Shown here piece by piece: positions 9,931 to 20,111 of a DNA stretch of 64,000 nucleotides; positions within the stretch are counted from its first letter, which is position 1, and each line of letters opens with the position of its first letter. Origin of the DNA: Scenedesmus sp. PABB004 (lineage: Eukaryota). Made by a program: the position numbers and the translations under genes. Location of the stretch: assembly GCA_014905635.1 (NCBI GenBank), contig JABVCE010000004.1, forward strand, positions 1,116,001 through 1,180,000, given 5' to 3'. Below the pieces are notes generated by a model. That model ran no database searches. It was not told the origin of the DNA and worked only from the letters and a program-made list of their open reading frames with translations.

Positions 9931-12900
9931 ATGGCGGCGGCCGACGGCGGCGCGCCGGGCGGCTCGGACTGGGCGCTCGACTGGGCGGCCGCGCTGGGCG
10001 CGATCGGCGGTGACGGTGGTGGCGTCGGCGGGCCGGGCGACCTGCCGCCGCTCGGCGCCGCCGGCGCCGGCGCCGGCGTCGCGCGCCCGACCGAGGTGGC
10101 CATCAGCTGCCAGGGCTGCGAGGGCCTCCTGTACCTCGACCCCTCCTGCATGCCGCCCCCCGAGGTGCTTGCGAGCGGCGCGGCGCTCGCGCTCCTGCTG
10201 CCCGCGCGCGCGTGGCTCGTGCGCTGCCTCTGCCGCGAGTGCCAGGCCGAGGCGGGCGCCGGCGGCGTGGTGATGGGCCCGACGCGCTTCGAGACGCACG
10301 CCGGCAGCAGCGCGTCCAAGAAGTGGCGCAGCAGCTGCAAGGTTTGCGGGGCGCAGCAGGGGGAGGGAGGGGGCGTGCGCGCACGCGCGGGGCTGCGCCA
10401 GCCCGCCCGCGGCCAGCCCAGCGCTGCGCGCGCCCGCAGCCGCCGATCCCCCGCCCGCCGCCGCGCTCGCGCCAGGTTTCGGACCCGCGCAGCGCCCTGT
10501 GCGGCCGGCCCGTGGGCGTGTGGCTCGAGCGCCACGGTTACGACCTCACGCCCGAGCAGCGCGCGGCGGCCGAGGCGGCCGGCTGGGCGCCGCCCGGCGC
10601 GCGCACCGGCGGCAAGGGACCCAAGGGGCCGTCGGGCGGCGGGGGCGCGGGCGCGGCGCAGAAGCGCGCGCTGCTGCGCCGCCTGCGGCTGCTCGTGGGC
10701 GGCGTGGCCGTGCTGCGGCTCGCCGTGCCACCGGCCGCGGCCGCCGCGGCCACGGCTGGGGACGGCAGCGCGGGCGGCGCGGGCGCGGGGGACGCCGACC
10801 CGGCTGCAGCGGCGGCGGCGGCGGCCGCCGTGGCCGACCCCGAGCCTGCTGCCGACGCGGCGGCGGACGAGGCGGCAGACCCGGCGGCGGCGGCGGCGGC
10901 GGCGGCCGGGGCCGCGCCCGCCGGCGCTGCCGCGCCCGCGAGCGTCGCCAGCCTGCTGCACGCCGCGGGCCTGCCAATGACGCTGCCGCCGGGCCGCTTC
11001 GGCGCCGCGTGGCAGCTGCCGGGCGCGCACTACCAGCACCTCCCCGCGGTCGAGGCGGCGGCCGCCAGGAAGGGCCCCGGCGGCGGCAAGGCCGGCGGCG
11101 GCAAGGGCCCGCAGCACACGTGGGCGGTCGGCGGGGGCTACGCCTTCAGCCCCGGCCCCGGCGCGGGCCCGGGCGGGGGCGGCGGCGGCGTGCGCTTCCG
11201 GCGCGCGCGCGTGCTGCGCGACGGCGACCTCACCATGATCCCCTGGGGCGTCGACGAGGGCCAGCTCTGGCTGCAGCGCGTGCACACCTTCATCGGAGCC
11301 GTCAGGCGCGCCCGGCGGCGGGGGCGCGGCGCGGCCGTGGGCGGGCCGGCGGGGCGCGCAGGGCGCGCCGCGCGCTGCCGCAGTCGAGCGGCCCCCGCTG
11401 CCGCCGGCGCGCAGGTCGGTGCTCGGCGGGCGGCACTGCAGCCACCTGTGGGGCGGCAGCGTGCTCGACTCGATCGTGGGCGCGTTCCTCACGCAGGCGG
11501 TCAGCGACGTGCAGAGCAGCACCGCGTTTATGAACCTCGCGGCCACCTGGCCCGCGCGCCCGCGCCCCGCGGCCGCCGGCGACGCGGGCGAGGCGCCCGC
11601 GCCGGGCAGCGCCGGCGAGGCGGGCAGCGCCGACGGCGACGCGGCGCGGCCCGCGCGTGCCGGCAGCGAGGGCGCGGGCGCCGTGAGCGCGGAGGGCGCG
11701 GCCGGCGCCGGCGGCCAGCCGGCGGCTGGCCCAGGAGAGGCGGCGGCGGAGGCCGCGGGCAACGCGGACGGCGGTGTGGCAAAGGCCACGGGCGCCGCGG
11801 ACGGCGGTGCGGCGGCAACCGCCACGGCGGAGGCCGGCGGCGACGAGGCGGGCGGTGACGCGCTGCCGCCGTGGTACCTCCGCGGCGCCGTGGGTGCGCC
11901 TCTGCCGCCGCAGCAGCGGCCGCCGCGTGCTGCTGCGCGCTGCCGTGCGCCGGCGCCAGCGGCCTTTGAGCGCGCGCGCGCCGCCCGCGCTCAGGCGTGG
12001 GCACGGACATCATCGACTGGGTCGCAGTCATGAACGCGCCCCAGCACCAGCTGGAGGAGGCACTGCACGGCAGGCGCGCCGCGCCCGCGGGGCCGCGCGA
12101 GCGCGCCGCCGCCGCCGCAGCAGCAACTGGTGCGGGGCGCGCGCTCCGAGGCCGACCCCGCCGTGCGGCCGCGCGCGGGCTTGCAGGGGCCTGCAGGGGC
12201 TGCTCGCGCGGCGCATTCAGCTCTTCCTCCGCCAGCTGGCGTCGGACGCGCGCTGCGTCGTGCTCGCAGAGGCGCAGCCAGAGCAGCAGCACCCGGCGCC
12301 GCCGGCGCTGCAGGCACAGCAGCGCGCGGAGGGTTCCGACGGTGCAGCGGCAGCGGCGGCGGCGGCCGCCGCCGCCGCTGACGCTGCGGCTGCGAGCGCA
12401 GCGTGGAGCTGGCAGGCGCAGAGCGGGGGCGTGCGCCAGGCCAGCGACGGCGCCGTCAGGGGGCAGTGGGCTGCGGCAGACGTCGCCGGCAGCGAGGCCT
12501 CGGACAGCTGGGCGCCGGCAAGCAGCTTCTGGCCGCCCGCCGCCGCCGCCCACGAGCGGGGTCAGAGCAGCGGCCTGAGCAGCGTCAGCGGCGCGACAGT
12601 GGTGGCGGCGGCGGTGCCGGGGGCAGCAGAGCAGGGCACAGAGGTGGCAGAGGTGCTGGCAGCGGCACCCGCGCCCACGGTCGCTCAGGAGCCCAGCATG
12701 CAGCAGGCGGCCGGCGGCTCGCCCGCGAGCAACAGCGAGCCACCTGCGCTGCCTGGGGGCGCCACGCCTGCTGACAGCCCGCAGATGGCGGAGCCCAGCC
12801 CCTCGCCGCCCCGCGGGGCGTCGGCAGGCGCGGCAGAGCAGCTGCTGGCGCCGATGTGCGCCGAGCCGGTCGCACAGCCGGCGGCGGTCAGCCCGGGCGA

Positions 12901-15900
12901 CACGCCGCCGAGCCCGCCTGCGGCGGCCGGCGCTGCGTGGACGGTGCAGGTGCCGCCGTGCTGCGCTGGCGCGCCGCCCGCGGCGGCGGTGACGGCCGCA
13001 GCCCCGGCGGGCGTGCAGCGGCAGTCGCGCTCGCTGCAGCCAGAGCTGAGCTCCGACGGCTCAGAGGCCGCCACGAGCAGCGAAGAGGAGGGTTCTGAGG
13101 TGGTGGAGGAGGAGGCGGAGGAGGAGGGCGACGCCATGGGCAGCAAGCCGTGGTCTGAGGTCGCACAGCAGCCCCAGCAGGAGCCCTCACCCGCGCCTGA
13201 CAGCAGCGCCGCGCTGGCCGCAGGCGACACGGCGCAGGCGCAGCCGTTTGCGCCCTGCGGTAGCGAGCCTGGCAGCCCGCTGGCAGACGCAGCAGCGGCG
13301 CCAGCGACGGCGCGCGGCGGCGGCGGCGGCGGCGCCCGGGGCGCGGCCAAGCCGCGGCCGCGGCCGGCGCTGGTGCTGCCTTCCAGCCCCACCAGCCCGG
13401 GGCCGGCGCCCCCGTGCACGCCCCAGGCGGCGCAGGTCGCCTTGGGCAAGGGCGGGGGCACGGTGAGCCCCGTGAGTCGGGGGAGCCCGCCAGCGGCGCC
13501 GGCAGTCGGGCGGGCACTGCGCAGCAAGTTCAAGCTGGAGCAGCAGGCGGCGCCGCCCGGGCGCAAGAAGCCGCGCCTCGCTGCCGTCGCGGCCCCGGCC
13601 GGCGGCGCCAAGGCTGGCCGCGGCAAGCAGCAGCCGCAACAGCAGCCGCAGCAGCAGCCGCTGAGCCCGCGGCCGCCACCCACGCCCAAGGCGGCCGCTG
13701 CGGCTGGTGGCGGCGCCGGCGCCGCGCCCAAGCGCGCCTGCACGCGCGCGGTGAGCAAGCTGCTCGGCGTTGCGCCGGAGCGCCTCGTCGACATCCAGCT
13801 CGGACGCAGCGGCAGCAGCAGCGGCAGCAACAGCGCCTCGTCGGGCGGCGGCGCCCGCCGCGCCGCGCCGCCCCGCGCCAAGGGCGCGCGGGCGGCCGCC
13901 GCCGCGCGGCGCCCGGCAGCCGGCGGCGAGCCGGCGCCGCCCAGCGCGGACGCTGAGCCGCGCGCGGAGCGCGCCAGCAGCCGCATCGCGGCGCGCAGCG
14001 CGCGCTCGGCCAACATCTCGGCCGCCGCTGGCGCGCTGGCCGCTGGCTTTGCCTTTTTGGCGCCCGCGGCGCAGCGGCGGCGCGCGCGGCCGCAGCGGGC
14101 GCGCCCCAGCGGCGTGCAGGGCGCGCAGGAGGGCGGGCGGGACGAGGCGCCCGCCCCCACCCCCGCCGCGCCCGCCAAGCCCAAGCCGCGCCCGCAGGGC
14201 GGCTCTGCCAGCCGGGCCAGGATCGCGGCGGCCGCCGCGACCGCGGCCGCGCTGCGCCGGCCGCGCGGGCGGGCGGGCGTCGCCAAGCCGCCGCTCGCGC
14301 GGCCCGCCGCCGCCGCGGCGGCGGCGCCGCCGCGGCCGCGCCTTCCGCCGCCGCCGCCGGCGTTTGGCCCCGACGGCCGGCCGCTGCGCCGCTCCGGCAG
14401 GGAGCGGCTCGCGGCTGCCGACCCGGTGTTTGAGTACAGCGACGCTGGCGAGGAGCTGGACCCCGCCGAGGCGGCGGCCATGCCCGTGCCGCTGCCGGGC
14501 CGCTCGAGCGCCAGCAGCGGCGACGCCGGTGTGACGCTGTCGAGCGGGGGCAGCGACAGCGAGTCCAGCGACACCTCGGGCGGCGGCAGCAGCACGGAGG
14601 GCGGCAGCGAGGACGAGGCGCCGCGCGGGCGCGGCCGGGAGCGCGGCGACGCCGGCGGCGGCGCCGCGCCGCTCGCCGGCGTGAGCGGCGGCAGCAGCGC
14701 CAAGGTCGCCGCGATCGCGGCCGTGCGCGCGCTCCTCGCGGCGCGCGGCGCTGCGGCGGCGCCGCACGGCAGCGCGGCGGCCGTGCTGCCGGGTAGCTCG
14801 GCCGCGGCCGCTGCGGCGGCGGCCAGCGGCTGGGGCGCGGGCCTCGCCGCGCTGAGCTCGCAGGGCAGCGCGGCCGAGAGCAGCCTCACTGCGGCTGGCG
14901 GCTGGGGCCAGGCAGGGCAGGCCGCGGCGTACGGCGCCGCCGGCTGGGCCGGCGCGCAGCCGCAGCTGGGCTACGCCGAGCAGGCCGGCCTCGCGCTGGT
15001 GCTGGCTGGTGCCGGCAGCGGCGCCTGGGCCGGCGGCGGCGCCTGGGCCGGCGGCGGCTGGCAGGGCGGCTGGGCGCTGGCCGCCGCGCCGCGCGCGCCT
15101 CCGGCGCCGCCCAAGCCCAAGGCCAAGCCCGGGCCCAAGCCCGGCTGGAAGGCGGGCTGGAGCGCGCGGGCCGCGAGCGCGGAGCTGGCGACCATCTGCG
15201 TCCCCGACATCCGCGTCCGCACGCCCGGCGCGACGGCCGGCGCGGCGGCGGCCACCGCGGCCGCCGCGCCCGGCGCGGCCGCGGCCGGGCCGACCGGCGG
15301 CGCGCTGCTCGGCGCGCAGCGCGAGCTGCTGCGCCTCCAGGCGGCGGCCGCGCCGCCGGCGGCCGCCGAGGCGCTCGCCGCGGCGCCGGCGGCCGTTGCC
15401 GCCGCCGGCGGCGCGCCGCTCGCGCGGCTCAGCCTCGAGTGGCTGCGGGGGCGGCCGGTCGAGGAGGTGCGGCCGTTCCTGGGCAGCGTGTTTGGCCTCG
15501 GGCGCAAGAGCATCGCGTGCGTGAGCCTGCTCACGCTCGGCCTGCGTGACTTCCCGGTCGACGTCAACGTCGGCCGCATCTCCGCCCGCCTCGGCTGGAT
15601 CCCGCTGCAGGCGCGGCGCGCGCGGCGCGCACGGCGCGCGCGGCGCACGGCTGCTCCGCGCCGCCGCGTCGCGCCGCCGCGCCCGCCCGCCGGCGCCGCG
15701 CTCACCTGCCCCGCCGCGCTCACCGGCCGCGCTGCCGCCCGCGCCACTCCGCGCAGGCGCAGGAGGCGCTGGAGGACCTGGAGCGCTACCCGTCTGAGCC
15801 GGAGGTTCACAAGTACCTGCTGGACCGGCTCACGCGCGTGACCGACCTCGCCTCACTCTACGAGCTGCACTACCTCTCAATCACACTCGGCAAGGTGTGG

Positions 15901-18900
15901 CACCCGCCTGTGGCGGGCGCCGCGCGGCGCAGCACGGGCGCTGCGGGCGGGCGGGCGGGGCGCCGTGCGCGCGCGCGCACGCAGCAGGGAGGCGGCCGCC
16001 GCGCCGACCGAGCGCGCCGCGTGCGCCGCCGCCGCGTGCGCCGCCGCAGGTGCTGTGCACCAAGCAGATGCCCAACTGCGGCGCCTGCCCGCTCGCGAGC
16101 GTGTGCGAGTATGCGCTGGCGAGCGGGCCGCGCCTCACCGACGACGGCCCGCGCCGCCGCCCGCTGCGCCAGACGGGGGCCCCCGGCTGGGGCCAGCAGG
16201 GCGGCGCCGACGCCGACGAGAGCAGCGTCAACGGCGGCGGCGACGCCGGCGACGCTGGCGAGGGTGCCGCCGACGGCGGCGGCGGCGCCGAGCCCGGCGC
16301 CGGCATGGCGCGCGCGACGCGCGGCGCGGCGGCAGGCCGCGGCGGGGGCTGGCGCGGCGGGGACTTTTGGTACGGCGACGACGCGCGCTACTTCAGCGCC
16401 ACGGACGGCGCTGAGCTGGAGGACCTCGCCACGCTCTTTGCGGCCGCGCCGCGCAACCTGCGGAGCGCCCGGTCGCGCCGTGCCGCCGGCGCGCCGCCCT
16501 GGGGCGCCGCGGCGGCGGCGGCGGGCGTCGATGCCGACCCGGACGCCTGGCGCGGCGACGGCGGCAGCGAGCCGAGCGCGGAGCAGCTGCAGGAGAGCTG
16601 GGGCCGCCTCTACGAGGGCCTGCAGCGCGCTACGAGCAGCGACGACGGCAGCGGCGGCGTGCCAGGGGCGCGGCCGGGGCGGGCAGGCTCGCAGGAGCAG
16701 GAGCAGGGAGCAAGGGGGCAGGAGCAGGCGCTGGGGGAGCAGCAGGCGCAGGATGAGCAGGCGATGGACTGCGAAGAATCGGGGCGGCCGGCGCATGCTG
16801 GGGGCCAGCAGGAGGAGCAGCAGCAGGAGCAGGGCGGCGGGGCGCAGGCGGCGCCAGACCTGGGGGAGCCGGAGCCTGGGCTGGAGCAGCCCTGGCGGCA
16901 GGATCAGGGGCAGGCGGCGGGCGCGATCGGTTGCGAGCTGGACGCCGCCGCCGCCGCGGCCGGCCTGGAGGAGCAGCAGCGCCAGGAGCTGGCGCGGCTG
17001 CTGGCCGTGGCCGTGCCGCACGAGTGTGCGGCGGAGGCGACGGGCCACCATGCGTGGGGCAGCAGGGGCCCCGGCGCGGCGGCGGCCGCGGCGGCGCAGG
17101 GGCACCTGCCCGGCGCGCCCGCCCTGCTGGCGAGCATCGGCTGGTGCTTTGAGGTTCTGGGCATCACGCCCGGCGCGCAGGAGCAGCCGGCGGAGGCCGC
17201 CGCTGAGAGCGGCGACGCAGCAGGCGGCGGGAGCCAGGACGACGAGGGCGAGGAGGCGCCGGCGCCGGCGGTGGCGCCGCCGCAGCTGCCAAGCGAGGCG
17301 GACGTGCGCGGCGCGTACCGCCGCCTGGCGGTGCTGCTGCACCCGGACAAGTGCCCCGACCCCGGCGCGGCGGCGGCGTTTGCGCTCGTGCGCCGCGCGC
17401 ACACGACCGCGCTGCAGGCGCTGGCGGGGCTGGACGGCGCCGAGCCGGGCGAGGCCCGCGACGGCGCCGCCGGGCAGCAGCAGCCCGCGCGCAGCGTCGC
17501 GCCCACGAGCAAGACGCGGCGCCTGGCGCTGGGCCTGCAGCTCACGCCCGACGTGGCGAGCCTGCTGGGCCTGCCCGAGGCGCTGACTGTGCCGCCAGTC
17601 GACGGAGACTTCCAGCTCCCGCTGCTGCTGCTCGTCACCGTGGTGCCAGGTGGGTGGGCAGGGGGTGCGGGTGGGTGGCCGGGGGCGCTCGAGGGCACCA
17701 CCGCACGGTGCGAGCTGTGCGCGAGGCCTGATGGCTGCGCGCCGCGCACGCAGGCGCGCTGCGGTCGGCCAAGGCGGAGCGGGAGCGCGCAGCGCAGCGC
17801 GCGGAGCGCGAGCGCGCGCGGCGTGAGGCGGAGGAGGCGGCGGCGGAGGCGGCGCTGGAGGAGCAGTGGCAGGCGCTTTGGCAGGAGCAGGGGGCGCTCG
17901 CGCCGCAGCACGGCGCGGTGCAGGCGCAGCAGACGCAGCAGGAGCAGGTGGCGCAGGAGGCGCAGCAGGCACAGGAGCAGGGGCAGGGGGCGCAGGTGGC
18001 GCAGGAGGCGCAGCAGGTGCAGCAGCCGCAGGAGGTGCAGGGGGCGCAGGAGGTGCAGGGGGCGCAGGAGTTCTGTGCCCAGCGGGGCCGCGAGCTTGAG
18101 CAGGGGGGGCAGCAGCCGGCACAAGACACCGACATGGACGAGGCGTCCCGCGCCACAGCAGTCGCAGAGGCGGGCGAGGCAGACGGGGGCAAGGCAGAGG
18201 CGGGCGCGCCGGACCTGATCTGTTGCGAGGAGCTCCCCTCGGCGGCGGCGAGCCCCGCCAGCCCGGGCCCGGCGGTCACCCCGCCAGGCAGCGACGACGG
18301 CAGCGCTGACAGCCAGGCGCCGCAGGCGGCGCTTCAGTTTGTGTTTGACAGCACGCAGGGCCCGGGCGCCGCGCCGCTCAACAGGGACCTGCCGGGCGAC
18401 GGCGGCGAGCGCGGCATAGACGACGCCGGGCTCATGGACTGGGAGCCGCCCGGCGGCGCGGCGCGTACCTCGGCCGCCGCGACCGCCGGAGGGCAGGGCG
18501 GCGAGGCCGCCGCCGCGGAGCAGCCGGCGGGCGCGTGGGGCTACGCGGCGCCCGGCTCGGCGGACGACTACGCCGCGTGGCAGCAGGAGCAGCAGGCGGC
18601 GCAGCAGGGCGGCGGTGCCCACGCCGATGCCGCGTGGGCGGCAGCGCAACCGCAGTGGCCGGTCGAGGCGTTCGAGTGGGCGGGCTACAGCTACGACGCG
18701 CGCCAGCTGCAGCAGCTCCAGGCGGGCAGCGCCGGCGGCGGCGCGGCGGGGTGGACGACGACCTGGATGGCCGGCGAGCAGCAGGCGGCGGGCGGGGGCT
18801 GGGGCAAGCAGCGGAGGGCGTCCAAGCCCGGCGCCTTCTATCGCTACTCGGGCATGGCGCCGCCAAAACCCAAGAAGTGGGCCGCTGCCAAGGCGGCCGC

Positions 18901-19778
18901 AGCGGCGGGCATCATCCCGCCCCTGCCCGCGCCCGAGGTCGTCGCGGCGCGCTCCGCGCCGCAGCTCCCGCGCGCGCCGGGCCCCGCACCGCCGCCGCCG
19001 GCGCGCGTGGTCGCGCTGCCCAACGCGCAGCTGCTCGCCAGCCGCGCGCAGCTCGCTGCGCAGCTGCAGCGCTGGGCGGCGGCGGGCGCGCGCGGCAGAG
19101 GGGCGGCAGCGGCGGCAGCGGCGCCACCGAGATCCGCGGCCTGCTGCTCGTCCCGGTGCTGGCCGCGGTGCGGGGGGCCTTCCCGCTCAATGGTGAGCAG
19201 CCCCGCGCTGCACAGCAGTGCGCGGCGCGCCGCCGCGCGTGGCCGCGTCCCAGCGCCGCGCGCCGCACCCCGCCGCGCCGCGCGCTGCCGCGCCCCGCCG
19301 CCGCGCCGCAGGCACGTACTTCCAGAGCCTCAACGAGCTCTTCGTGGACCAGCGCACGCTGCTGGAGCCACTGCCCCTGCCAGCGGCGCTGCTGGAGCTG
19401 CTGCGCGAGCGGCTGAAGGCCGCGACACCGCGCGGCGGCGGCGCGTGGGCGCAGCATGTGCCGTCGCTGCCGCAGCTCACCGCGGCCGCGCACGGCGACG
19501 GCGCCGGCGGCGGCGGCGCCGGCAGCAGCGCCGCCGCCGCGCGGGGCGCGGCGCCGGCCGCTGCCGACGACGGCGACGCGGCGTCCGGCGTGGAGCTGCG
19601 CTGGCGGGAGGTGTACTTTGGCAGCAGCGTCTCGAGCCTCTGCAGCGGCATGACCTGCGGGCAGCTGCGCTGCTTTTTCCACGAGAGCACGATGGCCATC
19701 CGCAGCTACGACCCGGTCTCGGGCGGCGTGTGCAGCAAGCTGCCCGCGTACCTCATGCCGCCGAGCTCGGGCGTGTGA
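9931..19778 (+). CDS. DML: DEMETER/ROS1-like 5-methylcytosine DNA glycosylase/lyase with N-terminal SAND-like domain, internal J-domain and C-terminal RRM-fold domain
   Basis: Domain A GSVLDSIVGAFLTQAVSDVQSSTAFMNLAATWP (about 11455-11553). DIIDWVAV..RGLQGLLARRIQLFL. HhH-GPD LEWLR..GLGRKSIACV..FPVDVNVGRI (15430-15610). LYELHY.ITLGK. FeS motif CTKQMPNCGACPLASVC. J-domain YRRLAVLLHPDKC. RRMF RGLLLVP..RGAFPLNGTYFQ..NELF..VYFGSS. About 8 introns; one frameshift at about 19100. Confidence 0.9.
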
Positions 19779-20111
19779 CACGGTGCAGGGCTCTGCGGCG
19801 CAGGGCTTTGCGGCGCCTGCCAGCAGCCCTGGGGGAGCAACGAGATCTTGGGGCTCACTGCAACTTGCGCGCGATCGGCCGGCGCCCCGCTCGCGAGCGC
19901 GCGCCGCTGCCGCCGCTGCCGCCACTGCTGCCGCCGGCGGGAGCACAGCGCGACTCGTGGGGCGTGCGCAGGGTGGAGCCAGGTCGGTAGTAGCCCTCAC
20001 AAGTGGGTGCCGGGGCAGCTGCGAGGCGTGAGCCGGCGGCGGCGCGGCGGCCGCACATCTCGCTGCCAGCGCGTGCCCGTGCGCACAGCTGCGCCAGGCG
20101 CGCCGCTCACC

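Noticed and set aside
17930..18070. Regularly spaced repeats resembling a CRISPR array
   Set aside because: Coding Gln/Glu-rich peptide repeats (QEAQQ, QEVQGA) with no unique spacers; eukaryotic context and no cas genes.
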